A stretch of DNA of 64,000 nt from Gammaproteobacteria bacterium (GCA_017577365.2 PKRJ02000006.1:2116-66115); one strand, 5' to 3'. Counted from the stretch's first letter, positions 36,585-45,790 are shown. The notes: generated by a model from the letters alone, not told the origin. Numbers and translations: made by a program.

Positions 36585-37298
36585 ATGAAGATCGATTCCA
36601 GGCTCGTCTCGGCTTTCGTCGCGGCGGGATGGCTTTCGGCCGCGTCCGCTCAGGAGGCCTCGCTGACCGCGAACGCGGCAGTCACGAACAACTACGTCTG
36701 GCGAGGGCTGACCCAGACGATGAACGAGCCCGCGGTCTCGGGCGGACTCGACTACGTGACCGACAGTGGTTTCTACATCGGCACGTGGGTCTCGAACGTC
36801 AGCTTCGCGCCTTCGGATGTCTTCTCGTACGAGCATGACATCTATTTCGGCTTCTCCGGCGGAGATAACGTCACGTGGGACATCGGCTATCTCTACTACA
36901 ACTACGACGATATCGCGGACACCGATTTCGGTGAGATTTACGCGACGCTCGGCTTCGGCGATTTCAGCATCAGCGCGTACGTGCTCGCGAACACGCAGCT
37001 CGAAGAGCCGCCGGGCCTGAGCTTCGATTTCGGCGATTCGTACTACTTGGCGCTCGACTACGCGATACCGTTGAAGAACGATTTCGCGCTCGGTTTGCAC
37101 CTTGGCCGGCACAAGGGCGACTTCATGGAGGTCTTCAACGGCGTGCCGGGAGACTACATCGACTACGGCCTGTCGCTGTCGAAGGGAGGTTTCACCTTCA
37201 CGATCTCCGACACCGATCTCGACGACGAGCAGGACGACGGCCTCGACAACGGCTCCGTGAAGTTCGTGATCGGCTACACGTTCGACTTCAATCTGTAG
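36585..37298 (+). CDS. TorF-family putative outer-membrane porin (TIGR02001-like)
   Basis: After a signal peptide comes 'NAAVTNNYVWRGLTQT...PAVSGGLDY....GFYIGTWVSNV'. The C-terminus is 'GYTFDFNL'. Confidence 0.75.
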   Translation: MKIDSRLVSAFVAAGWLSAASAQEASLTANAAVTNNYVWRGLTQTMNEPAVSGGLDYVTDSGFYIGTWVSNVSFAPSDVFSYEHDIYFGFSGGDNVTWDIGYLYYNYDDIADTDFGEIYATLGFGDFSISAYVLANTQLEEPPGLSFDFGDSYYLALDYAIPLKNDFALGLHLGRHKGDFMEVFNGVPGDYIDYGLSLSKGGFTFTISDTDLDDEQDDGLDNGSVKFVIGYTFDFNL

Positions 37299-37304
37299 GC
37301 GCTC

Positions 37305-37337
37305 GGGTCTGACCCCCGTGATGGGGTCAGACCCTTT
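37305..37337. terminator. Hairpin between the convergent porin and SulP genes
   Basis: A 12-bp perfect stem, gggtctgacccc / ggggtcagaccc, with a 6-nt loop and a short TTT. It starts 7 nt after the porin TAG. Confidence 0.6.
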
Positions 37338-37384
37338 CCGCGGTCGAGCAGGCGTCGGCCGTCGTCGTCTTCTCGGGGATCTTC

Positions 37385-39031
37385 TCAGCCCGCGATCGCC
37401 GTCCTGCGGGGAAGCGCCGAATCGTGCGCGGTCTCGAGCATGCTTACCGCCTCGCGCAGCGCTTCGATTCGAGTCGGGAACACGTGACGCTCGTCTATGC
37501 CGTGATCGGCGCCGAGCGCCGTGAGCACGCGCAGGACCTCGTCTTTCACGCCGGCGAGGAAAGCGGTTCGATTCGATTGCCGTGCGTCGGTCACGATCGC
37601 CTCGATCGCGCGCGCCGCGGAGACGTCGACGAAAGGTACTCGCGACAAGTCGAGGATCAGGATCTTCGTTCCGTCGCGACGCGAGCGCTCGCGCACGTGA
37701 TGCACCAGATCCGCGGTCGCGCCGAAAGACAGCGGACCCGCGAAGTCGAGCACGTGGATGCGTCCGCCGGCGCGTCGCGTGAGCTCCGCTTCCTCTTCGG
37801 TGCGGGGGACGTGCGGCCACTCGGCGACCGCTTCGATCTGCGCGGTCGCGACCTGCCGAACATACGCGATCGACGCGAGCACGACGCCGATCGCGACCGC
37901 CGTGATCAAGTCGGCGAAGACCGTGAGCCCGAGCACGACGAACATCAGCAACAGATCCCACCGCGGGCCGCGATGCGCTCGCTTCAAGTAGTTCCAGTCG
38001 ATGATGTCCCAGCCGACTTTCACGAGGATCCCGGCGAGCGCCGCGTGCGGAATGCGCGCCGCGAGCGGTCCCAGCCCGAGCACGAAGGCGAGCAGCACGA
38101 CGGCATGCAGCATGCCGGACAACGGCGTGCGCCCGCCGGTGCGGATGTTCGCGATCGTGCGCATCGTCGCCCCGGCACCGGCGATGCCGCCGAAGAGTCC
38201 CGCGACCGTATTGCCGATACCCTGCCCGATCAGCTCGCGGTTCGAGTCGTGCCGCGTGCGCGTCACGTTGTCCGCGACGAGCGACGTCAGCAGCGAATCG
38301 ATGGCGCCGAGCGCGGCGAGGACGATCGCTACCTCGAGGACCAGCAGCATCGCTTCGCGATCGAAGACCGGCATTTGGAGCCGCGGCAGCCCGGAAGGGA
38401 TATCGCCGAGCACCGGCGCATTGACGAAGAGACCGGCGATCGTGCCCGCGATCAGTGCGGCGAGCGGCGCCGGCAAATACTTCGCGAATCCCTTCGGCCA
38501 GCAGAAAGCGACCGCGACCGTCAGCACGCCGACCGTGCTCGCGCCGCGATCGACCTCCGAAAGCGCATGCGCAATGTGCACGAGCGCGGAGACGGTGTCG
38601 CCGGGCGGCTCGCTGCCCAGGAGCCGGCCGACCTGCAGCAGAACGATGATCACGCCGATTCCGCTCATGAAGCCGGAGACGACGGGATAGGGCACGAGCC
38701 GGATGTACTCGCCGAGGCGCAGCACGCCGAAACCGATCTGGAACAGCCCGGCGAGCATCACCGCGGTGAATACGAGGTCCGGGCGGCCCGGAAGACTTGC
38801 GGCGACGCCCGCGAGCACGACGACCATCGGCCCGGTCGGCCCGGAGATCTGCGCGGGCGTGCCGCCGAAAAGCGCGGCGAAGAAACCGACGAAGATCGCT
38901 CCGTAGAGCCCGGCGATCGGCCCCATGCCGGAGGCGACGCCGAGCGCGAGCGCGAGCGGCAGCGCGACGATCCCGGCGGTGATGCCGCCGAAGAGGTCGC
39001 CTCTGAGATTGGATATGTCTATTCGCGGCAT
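37385..39031 (-). CDS. SulP-family inorganic anion transporter with C-terminal STAS domain
   Basis: 'DLFGGITAGIVALPLALALGVASG', 'LYGAIFVGFFAALFGGTPAQISGPTGPM', and STAS 'VLDFAGPLSFGA...LDLSRVPFVDVSA'. ATG 39031 is the start. Confidence 0.9.
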   Translation of the reverse strand: MPRIDISNLRGDLFGGITAGIVALPLALALGVASGMGPIAGLYGAIFVGFFAALFGGTPAQISGPTGPMVVVLAGVAASLPGRPDLVFTAVMLAGLFQIGFGVLRLGEYIRLVPYPVVSGFMSGIGVIIVLLQVGRLLGSEPPGDTVSALVHIAHALSEVDRGASTVGVLTVAVAFCWPKGFAKYLPAPLAALIAGTIAGLFVNAPVLGDIPSGLPRLQMPVFDREAMLLVLEVAIVLAALGAIDSLLTSLVADNVTRTRHDSNRELIGQGIGNTVAGLFGGIAGAGATMRTIANIRTGGRTPLSGMLHAVVLLAFVLGLGPLAARIPHAALAGILVKVGWDIIDWNYLKRAHRGPRWDLLLMFVVLGLTVFADLITAVAIGVVLASIAYVRQVATAQIEAVAEWPHVPRTEEEAELTRRAGGRIHVLDFAGPLSFGATADLVHHVRERSRRDGTKILILDLSRVPFVDVSAARAIEAIVTDARQSNRTAFLAGVKDEVLRVLTALGADHGIDERHVFPTRIEALREAVSMLETAHDSALPRRTAIAG

Positions 39032-39047
39032 CGGCGCTCTTCGGGCT

Positions 39048-39704
39048 TCAACCGGCCTTGACCGTCTCGTCGGCGAGCAGCGTCCGGTAGCGCTCCGCGA
39101 GAGAGTGGAAACGCTCGGACGACTCGTCCCAGCAGTGCACGTCGCCCGTCTCGATTTCGTAGACCCAGCCGTGGAGCTCGAGCCGGCCGGCGGCGATGCC
39201 CGCGGCGACGACTGGATGCGTGCGCAGATGCTGCAGCTGCACGAGCACGTTCTGCTCGATGACGTCGCGGATATGCTCCGGGCCCGCATGGCCTTTGCGC
39301 GCGCGGACGATCTCGACGGCTGCGCGCGCATGCTCCAGCCACTCGCGAACGTGCGTCAGCGACGCGATGGACTCGGGCATCAAAGCGCCATGGAGCGCAC
39401 CGCAATGCGTGTGGCCGCAGACGATGACGTGCCGGATATCGAGCACGGACACCGCGTACTCGATCGACGCGGTGACGCCGCCGGCGTGACGCGTGTGCGG
39501 CGGCACGATGTTCCCGGCGTTTCGAATGATGAAAAGATCGCCGGGCCGCGTTTGCGTGACGAGGCACGGATCGATCCTCGAATCCGAGCACGTGATGAAC
39601 AGCGCCTCGGGGCGCTGACCGCCCACGAGCTTCGCGAAAAGCTCCCGGTGCTTCGGGAAGACGTCTTCTCGAAAACTGACGGCGCCGGCGACGACCTGCT
39701 CCAT
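39048..39704 (-). CDS. Beta-class carbonic anhydrase
   Basis: Zn-site motifs 'ITCSDSRIDP' and 'CGHTHCGA'. It lies 16 nt upstream of the SulP gene on the same strand. Confidence 0.9.
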   Translation of the reverse strand: MEQVVAGAVSFREDVFPKHRELFAKLVGGQRPEALFITCSDSRIDPCLVTQTRPGDLFIIRNAGNIVPPHTRHAGGVTASIEYAVSVLDIRHVIVCGHTHCGALHGALMPESIASLTHVREWLEHARAAVEIVRARKGHAGPEHIRDVIEQNVLVQLQHLRTHPVVAAGIAAGRLELHGWVYEIETGDVHCWDESSERFHSLAERYRTLLADETVKAG

Positions 39705-39787
39705 GCGAAGGCTCTCTGCTCGTAACGGTGGTAGAGGAGGGTAAGCGCGTGCTCACTGATAACGCTAGACAATCTGCCAAGAAGTAG

Positions 39788-39806
39788 TGATAGTTTCTCC
39801 CTATCA
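39788..39806. promoter_or_regulatory. Candidate LysR-type binding dyad (T-N11-A)
   Basis: Perfect inverted repeat TGATAG-N7-CTATCA, with ATAG-N7-CTAT containing T-N11-A. It lies in the divergent LysR / carbonic anhydrase intergenic region. Its last base is the A of the LysR ATG. Confidence 0.45.
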
Positions 39807-40750
39807 TGCCGACGTCGGGCGACAAACCTCGCATCACGCTTCGCCAGCTCGAGTATTTCGTCGCGGTCGCGGAGACGCGCAGCTTCCGGCGCGCCGCGGA
39901 GCGGCTCGGCGTCAGCCAGCCGACGCTGACCTCTCAGATCGCCAACCTCGAGAACGCGATCGGCGCTCGGCTATTCGAGCGCGGCCGCGGGGGCACCTTC
40001 CTGGGCACGCTCGGCCGAGAGCTCGTGCGTGACGCGCGCCGGGTGCTCGAGGAGCTCGACGGGCTCGTCGAGCGCGCGCAGTCGTTGAGCCGAGGACCCG
40101 GAGGAACGTTTCGGCTCGGCGTTCCGAAAACCGTCGGGCCATATCTCTTGCCGCACGTGCTGCCCGAGATCCACCGTGCTTATTCGGCGGTTCGCTTCTA
40201 CGTCCGCGAGGACCCGCCGCATGTCCTCGAGGCCGCGCTGCTCGACGGCGAGTACGATCTGATCCTGACGACGCTGCCGATTTCCGCACGGCAGCTCGTG
40301 CACGTGTCGCTGTGCCGCGAGCCGCTGAAGCTGGTCGTCTCGAGCGAGCACCGGCTCGCGGGCAGAAAGCAGGTGGGGGATGTGGATCTCGCCGGCGAGC
40401 CGGTGCTCGCGATCGAGGAAAGCCATCCGCTTCACTCGCAGATTCAGCGGCTTTGCGAGCGCTTCGGCGCGACGATCCGTCGCGATTACGAGGGCACGAG
40501 CCTCGATACGCTGCGTCAGATGGTGCAGCTCGGCATGGGCGTTTCGTTCCTGCCGGCACTTTACGTGCATTCCGAGATCCGTGCGGCCGACGGTCTCGAG
40601 GTGATCTCGGTCGTGGGCGACGGCGTGCTGCGCGAGCACGCGCTCGTATGGCGGCCGGCATCTCCTTCACGCACGCTGTTTCGCGAGCTGGCGATGCGGA
40701 TGCGGCGCACGATTCGAGAGAAGCTAGCGAGCGTCACGTTGCCCGTGTGA
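39806..40750 (+). CDS. LysR-family transcriptional regulator (OxyR/CynR-like arrangement)
   Basis: 'ITLRQLEYFVAVAETRSFRRAAERLGVSQPTLTSQIANLENAIGARLFER'. An in-frame TAG at 39791 makes ATG 39806 the only possible start. Confidence 0.85.
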   Translation: MPTSGDKPRITLRQLEYFVAVAETRSFRRAAERLGVSQPTLTSQIANLENAIGARLFERGRGGTFLGTLGRELVRDARRVLEELDGLVERAQSLSRGPGGTFRLGVPKTVGPYLLPHVLPEIHRAYSAVRFYVREDPPHVLEAALLDGEYDLILTTLPISARQLVHVSLCREPLKLVVSSEHRLAGRKQVGDVDLAGEPVLAIEESHPLHSQIQRLCERFGATIRRDYEGTSLDTLRQMVQLGMGVSFLPALYVHSEIRAADGLEVISVVGDGVLREHALVWRPASPSRTLFRELAMRMRRTIREKLASVTLPV

Positions 40751-40818
40751 CGAGGAGCGTGTAAACGGTGCTCTTGTTACGATCTTGCCGACGTTCGAAC
40801 GAGTCAGGACCGGAGGTT

Positions 40819-41850
40819 ATGACGATGAGCCAGCGATTTCTGATCGCCGCGTTTGCGGCAGCGATGCTCGCGGCGTGCACCGAGGAGCCGTCGACGAGCC
40901 CGTCGGTGGATTCCACCGCCGAGCCTTCCGCCAGCCCCTCGGCCCAGCCCGCTGCGGAGCCGGCCGCCCCTGCTCCCGCCGCGCAAAGTGCGGGTGCCGG
41001 GGACATTCCCGATCGAATCGTCATCGAGCGCCAGGGCGTGATCCCCGAAGGCATCGAGTACGACCAGACGAATCGGCGCTTTCTCGTCGGCTCGCTCGGG
41101 GAAGGCACGGTATTCGAGGTCGGGCTCGACGGTCGGCTCACGCCTTTCGTCACCGACGACGAGCTCGTCTCGTCGGTCGGCATCGAGGTCGACGAGGAGC
41201 GCAACCGCCTGCTCGTTTGCAACTCGGACCGTAACGTTTTCGGCGGCAGTGCAACCGGTCACGCGAAGCTCGGCATCTACGCGCTCGATTCGGGCGAACG
41301 CATCTCGATGATCGATCTCGGCGCCGCCCTCGGCGACTCGCCCGAAGGCGCGTTCTTCGCGAACGACGTCGCGGTCGGGGCGGACGGCACGGCGTACGTG
41401 ACCGACACGCGGCAGAACCTCGTCTATCGTGTCGGCAACGACGGCGTGCCGAGCGTGCTGCACCGTTTCGACGGCGACGCGGGCCCGAACGGCATCGTGT
41501 ACCACGACGGAGGGTACCTCCTCGTCGTAGGGCTCACGAGCCAGGCGCTGTACAAGATCCCGGTCGACAACCCCGACGCGGCCGCGGAGGTCACGCTGCC
41601 CGAGCCGCTCGCCGGCGGCGACGGGATGGTCTGGGCGCCCGACGGGCGTCTCGCGGTCGTGAGCAACAGCACGAGCCGCGTGATCCTTCTATCGAGCGAC
41701 GACGATTGGGCGACGGCCGAGATCGCCGGCATCGGCACGTTCGAGGGCCAAGGCACGACGGCAGCGGTCGTCGGCGACGACATCTTCGTCGTCAAGCCGC
41801 AGTTCCAGGATCAGGCGCCGCCCGAGATCGAGCGCGTCTCGATCCAGTGA
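40819..41850 (+). CDS. Lipoprotein with beta-propeller (SMP-30/gluconolactonase/LRE-like) body
   Basis: A GGAGG precedes the ATG at 40819. Lipobox 'LAAC', then a Pro/Ser/Ala-rich linker, then 'PEGIEYDQTNRRFLVGSL' with repeated blade-like segments. Confidence 0.65.
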   Translation: MTMSQRFLIAAFAAAMLAACTEEPSTSPSVDSTAEPSASPSAQPAAEPAAPAPAAQSAGAGDIPDRIVIERQGVIPEGIEYDQTNRRFLVGSLGEGTVFEVGLDGRLTPFVTDDELVSSVGIEVDEERNRLLVCNSDRNVFGGSATGHAKLGIYALDSGERISMIDLGAALGDSPEGAFFANDVAVGADGTAYVTDTRQNLVYRVGNDGVPSVLHRFDGDAGPNGIVYHDGGYLLVVGLTSQALYKIPVDNPDAAAEVTLPEPLAGGDGMVWAPDGRLAVVSNSTSRVILLSSDDDWATAEIAGIGTFEGQGTTAAVVGDDIFVVKPQFQDQAPPEIERVSIQ

Positions 41851-41897
41851 GCGGCACGAGCGAACGCGAGTCCGGCGAGCCGATTCGCTTTGCATCG

Positions 41898-41927
41898 CGG
41901 CGCGTCGCGTAGCGGCGCGCCGTTTTT
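41898..41927 (+). terminator. Rho-independent terminator after the lipoprotein gene
   Basis: Stem cggcgcg / cgcgccg (7 bp, 11-nt loop) is followed by TTTTT. Confidence 0.65.
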
Positions 41928-42164
41928 CTTGATGCCCCAGCGCAGCCCTCTTTTTCGAGCAACGCCGGCGGCCCCACGCCGCATGGGTGAGCGGGTACGG
42001 ACACGCTCGGGTGTGCGCTCTTGGTTTCCGTGGGAGCAAAGTAGGCTGGTCCATGAATTCTCTCACGCGGGATAGGGCAGGTCTCCCAGAACATATGTGA
42101 GACGAGACGATCTGGAGTTGTGCGGCGCTTCGAGACAAAAAGCGCAAAAAACGAGAACGCATAG

Positions 42165-42437
42165 GGGGACAACCAATGCCGATCCAGGGGGGGTGCCGCC
42201 CGGCCAGCGCGTGGTCGGTCTTGCGCGGCTGCCGAGGGCGCGGCGATCGACCCGCTGACCGGCGCGTTCCTGTTCTCGACGTTCGGCGGCGGTGACCTGG
42301 TCGTCATGGTCAGCGGTTTTGCCGCACCGCAGCCCCAAGAGCCGGAGGAGCCGCCGGTCCAGGTGTCGGAGCCCGCGTCGATCGCGGTGCTCGCGTTGGG
42401 CTCGCTGTCTCTCGTCGTCGCGGGCCAGCGCCGCTAA
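42165..42437 (+). pseudogene. C-terminal remnant of a PEP-CTERM-anchored secreted protein
   Basis: The open frame has no usable start codon until the ATG at 42306. Its end reads 'AAIDPLTGAFLFSTFGGGDLVVMVSGFAPPQPQEPEEPPVQVSEPASIAVLALGSLSLVVAGQRR*'. That is a (S/P)EP motif, a hydrophobic helix and an Arg cluster, which together form a PEP-CTERM sorting signal. No signal peptide or body lies upstream. Confidence 0.5.
42187..42193 (+). repeat. Homopolymeric G7 tract
   Basis: GGGGGGG lies between an SD+ATG (AGGGGGA 42163-42169, ATG 42175) and the PEP-CTERM reading frame. Confidence 0.9.
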
Positions 42438-44821
42438 CGCACTTCGCTCGCCGCTCCAGTCGGCACGAGCGTGAACGACTCGACCGTCTCGCCGGCGAGG
42501 AACGGCGCCGGCGAGCCCTCGTGCCACGCGTGCCACTGATCGTCGAAATGTCGTGACAGGAAATGACCGCTCTGTCCGCCCGCGAGCTGGAGGATTCCGA
42601 GCTCGGGACGGGCGGGCGCGACGACCATTCGCATCACGGCGCCGCGCGACGGCTCGGCGACGCGCACGGACACCGACGAGCCCGACTGCGGCACGTCGGG
42701 GAGCTCGAGCATCGGACCGATCAGCGGCAGACCGGAGAGCGGGTGCCGCACGGCGAGCCGATTCGCTTCGCCCCACGGCGTATCGAGGGCGTGCCCGCCG
42801 GCTTCGAGAGCTTGCATCGTCTCGACGAATATCTCGCGGAGAAACGACGGCCAGTCGGCGGCGTCCGCCGGCAACAGATGCGGCGGGCGCTCCTCGAGCA
42901 CGCGGCGCAACGCTTCGTCGCCGAGCGGCCAGCGATACACGAAACCGGGATCGACGGCCAGCGCCGGCAGAAGCAGCGGCCCGAGCACCTCGTCGAGCAA
43001 CGCCAGATAGTAGGCGTTGAGCAGCGTGAAGCCGATTTCCGATGCGTCGGCGTGTCCGTTCCATGCCGCGATGCGCGCGCGTGCCGCCGCGAGCTTGGGA
43101 TCCGCTTCCTCGTCATCGAGGACCTCGAGCGCGATATCGCGGATCGGGTCGTACGCCTCGGCACGCGTATCGAGCTGGAGCGCCGCGAGATCGGCTTCGT
43201 CGAAACGCGCATGCTCGCGGAGACGGTCCGCGATCCGCTTCGCGCGGAACGGCGGCATGAAGATGCGGCCGAGCGCGTTCGTCCGGTCGAGCGGCAGCGG
43301 ACGGCTGTTCGCCGCATAGACGACATCGTCGGCGTCGCCTTCGATGCGCGGCGGCGCCGCGAATCCGTTCCAGCCGACCGTGCCGTCGGCCCACGATCTC
43401 GGCGCCGAGCCGTCGAAGCCGACCCGATCGGGGAGCGGTCCGTTCGCGATCCATCCGACACGTCCGTCCTGGTCGGCGAGCACCCAGCCGAGCGACGGTC
43501 CCGCCCATCGGGCGATCACGTCGAGCCCTTCGCGCACGGATCGCGCGAACACGAGGTCGAGCATGTCGACGTTCGTGCCGCGAGGCTCGAGCCACGTCGC
43601 GCGCAGCGCGAGCGGCCGGCCGAGCCCGTCGTTGCGCACGATCGGACCCCAACGCGTGAGCACGACGTCGAGCGGTTCCGGCTCCGCGCGGCCGCGCACG
43701 TCGATGAGCTCGCGCTCGACGACGAACGGCTCCGCGCCTTCGGGAACGCGATAGCGCCCGCCGGGCAACGGCTCGACGACGACCCAGTCGCTTTGATCCG
43801 CGTAGCTAGCCGTCAGGCCCCACGCGAGGCCCTCGGTCGCGCCGATCACGATGCCCGGCACTCCGGGAATGCCGACGCCGCGAACGACGCCGTCGCGCCA
43901 ATGAAGCTCCGCTCGGTGGAAGGAGCTCGGCAGCTGCAGCGTGAGATGGGGATCGACGGCGACGATCGCCGCGCCGTGCTCGCTTCGCGCCGCGCCGACG
44001 GCCCACGCGTTCGACGCCGCATCGGCCGGCGGCGGCACGACGACCGCCGGCGCGCCGCGGGGGCGACGCGGGCCGACGTCGGCGGCGAGCGGAACGGGGA
44101 GCGGGCGGTATCCGCCCGTCGGATCGGAGGCGGGTGCTGCGAGCGGGCGATCGAAACGCGACGTCGACGGGGTCAAGAACTCGGCGAGGGCAGGCGGCAG
44201 CGCGGCTTCGATGACCGCTTGCGGCAGCTCGTACGCGGCGTTCGGCGAAAGCAGCGTGTAGAACGCGAACACGACGAGCATGCTGTCTTCGGCGGTCCAG
44301 GGCTCGGGGCGGGCTCGGAGCGCCCAGTACTCGGGCGGACGTGCATCGAGGTCGGCGAGGCCCGCGTTCACGCCTTCGGTGTACGCCGCGAGGTACGCGC
44401 GGTGCCGCTCCGGCAGCGATTCGAGCACCCTCCGTGCACGCTTGCGAAATTGAAAGACGCGTTGCGCGCGATCGCGCTCGAGCAGCGCGGGGCCCGCGAG
44501 CGCGGCGAGCTCGCCGGCGGCGCTGCGGCGCGTGAGATCCATCTGGAAGAAGCGCGCCTGGGCGTGCAGGAACCCCTGCGCACGAAACGCGTCCTCGAGC
44601 GTCTCCGCGCGGATCCTTGCGATGCCGACGCGGTCGAGCTCGACGCCGACCCGCGCCTCGAGCCCCGGTATGACGGCTTCCCCGCTTCGCCGCGGCAGCG
44701 ACGCTGCGAGCACGGCGACCACGGCCGCGGCCGCGACGACGAGCAGAACGACGAGAGCGGCGAGCGCCCGAAGAAGTCTTTGCATCGGTTCACGTCGTGG
44801 GCTCCGCGCAGCATACTTCAA
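42434..44821 (-). CDS. Penicillin acylase family Ntn-hydrolase (AHL-acylase-like, peptidase S45)
   Basis: 'DAFRAQGFLHAQARFFQMDL.RR', and 'ASNAWAVG', which marks the autoprocessing site and the beta-chain N-terminal Ser. The ~790-aa length fits. The start is TTG 44821 or ATG 44785. Confidence 0.9.
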   Translation of the reverse strand: MKYAARSPRREPMQRLLRALAALVVLLVVAAAAVVAVLAASLPRRSGEAVIPGLEARVGVELDRVGIARIRAETLEDAFRAQGFLHAQARFFQMDLTRRSAAGELAALAGPALLERDRAQRVFQFRKRARRVLESLPERHRAYLAAYTEGVNAGLADLDARPPEYWALRARPEPWTAEDSMLVVFAFYTLLSPNAAYELPQAVIEAALPPALAEFLTPSTSRFDRPLAAPASDPTGGYRPLPVPLAADVGPRRPRGAPAVVVPPPADAASNAWAVGAARSEHGAAIVAVDPHLTLQLPSSFHRAELHWRDGVVRGVGIPGVPGIVIGATEGLAWGLTASYADQSDWVVVEPLPGGRYRVPEGAEPFVVERELIDVRGRAEPEPLDVVLTRWGPIVRNDGLGRPLALRATWLEPRGTNVDMLDLVFARSVREGLDVIARWAGPSLGWVLADQDGRVGWIANGPLPDRVGFDGSAPRSWADGTVGWNGFAAPPRIEGDADDVVYAANSRPLPLDRTNALGRIFMPPFRAKRIADRLREHARFDEADLAALQLDTRAEAYDPIRDIALEVLDDEEADPKLAAARARIAAWNGHADASEIGFTLLNAYYLALLDEVLGPLLLPALAVDPGFVYRWPLGDEALRRVLEERPPHLLPADAADWPSFLREIFVETMQALEAGGHALDTPWGEANRLAVRHPLSGLPLIGPMLELPDVPQSGSSVSVRVAEPSRGAVMRMVVAPARPELGILQLAGGQSGHFLSRHFDDQWHAWHEGSPAPFLAGETVESFTLVPTGAASEVR

Positions 44822-44850
44822 CGGCCGAGCGGCTGCGGGGAGCCTCGAGA

Positions 44851-45729
44851 ATGCAAGGGATCGTCAGGATAGTCGCGTATCTCGGCGTCGGGCTCGTCGC
44901 GGGATTCGCGATTGCCCAATGGATGAGCCAGGACGACGGCGAAACGGCGTCGCCGGATGATGCAACCTGGCTCGCCGGTCGGATCGACGCGCTCGAGCGG
45001 GAGCTCGCCCGCGAGAGAAGCGCGCGTGCGGCGCTTGCGGCGGCCATCGAGGAGCTGCGCGCCGCGATCTCGAGCGAAGACGCCTACGGAAGCGATGCCG
45101 ATCTCCCGTGGATGCGGGAGCCCGGCGGCATCGTGCGCGTCGAGCGAGAGCTCGCGGAGAGTGCCGCCGAGCTCGAAGGCTCGCCCGTTCCTGCTGCCGG
45201 GAGCGTCCGCTTCGGCGGACGGCCGTCGGCCGAGGAGATCGAGCGACGGCGCCGAGAGCGGTTCATCGCCGCGGGCTTCACGCCGGACCGCGTCCAGTGG
45301 ATCGAGCGCCGCATCGACGAGCTCAGGCTCGAGGCCCTCGAAGCCGAGTACGAGGCGGCCCGACGCGGCGAAGTCGTGGATCCGCGCGCCCGGAGCGGGA
45401 TCGACGAGCGGCTGCGCGCCGAGCTCGGCGACGCCGAGTACGAGAAGTATCTGACGGCGATGGGGCGGCCGACCGCGGTCGCGGTCCGCGAAGTCCTGCC
45501 CGGATCGGCGGCCGAGCGGTCGGGCTTGCGCGCGGGGGACGCCATCGTGTCGTACGGAGGCCGGCGCGTCTTCGGCGTCGCGGAGCTGAACCGGCTCACG
45601 CTCGAGGGCCAGCCCGGCGAGACGGTCGTCGTCGACGTCCTACGCGACGGGCAGCCGATGCAGATCTATCTGCCGCGCGGCCCGATCGGCATCGCGTCGG
45701 GACGCGGGCCGGGATTCCGCGGCCCCTGA
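44851..45729 (+). CDS. Membrane-anchored coiled-coil protein with C-terminal PDZ domain
   Basis: TM segment 'IVRIVAYLGVGLVAGFAIAQW', coiled coil 'LERELARERSARAALAAAIEELR', and PDZ 'VLPGSAAERSGLRAGDAIVSYGGRRV...GETVVVDVLRDGQ'. Confidence 0.75.
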   Translation: MQGIVRIVAYLGVGLVAGFAIAQWMSQDDGETASPDDATWLAGRIDALERELARERSARAALAAAIEELRAAISSEDAYGSDADLPWMREPGGIVRVERELAESAAELEGSPVPAAGSVRFGGRPSAEEIERRRRERFIAAGFTPDRVQWIERRIDELRLEALEAEYEAARRGEVVDPRARSGIDERLRAELGDAEYEKYLTAMGRPTAVAVREVLPGSAAERSGLRAGDAIVSYGGRRVFGVAELNRLTLEGQPGETVVVDVLRDGQPMQIYLPRGPIGIASGRGPGFRGP

Positions 45730-45790
45730 CCGTCGCCGAGCCGCTCGCTCCGCCTTGCTAGAATCACCGCCTTTGGTTCCGGACCGTTCG

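Noticed and set aside
39032-39331. 100-codon N-terminal extension of the SulP ORF
   Set aside because: It overlaps the carbonic anhydrase gene out of frame. The conserved SulP N-terminus starts at ATG 39031.
42563-44872. 769-aa plus-strand ORF
   Set aside because: It is antisense to the penicillin-acylase-family gene. It is Arg-rich with no recognisable domain.
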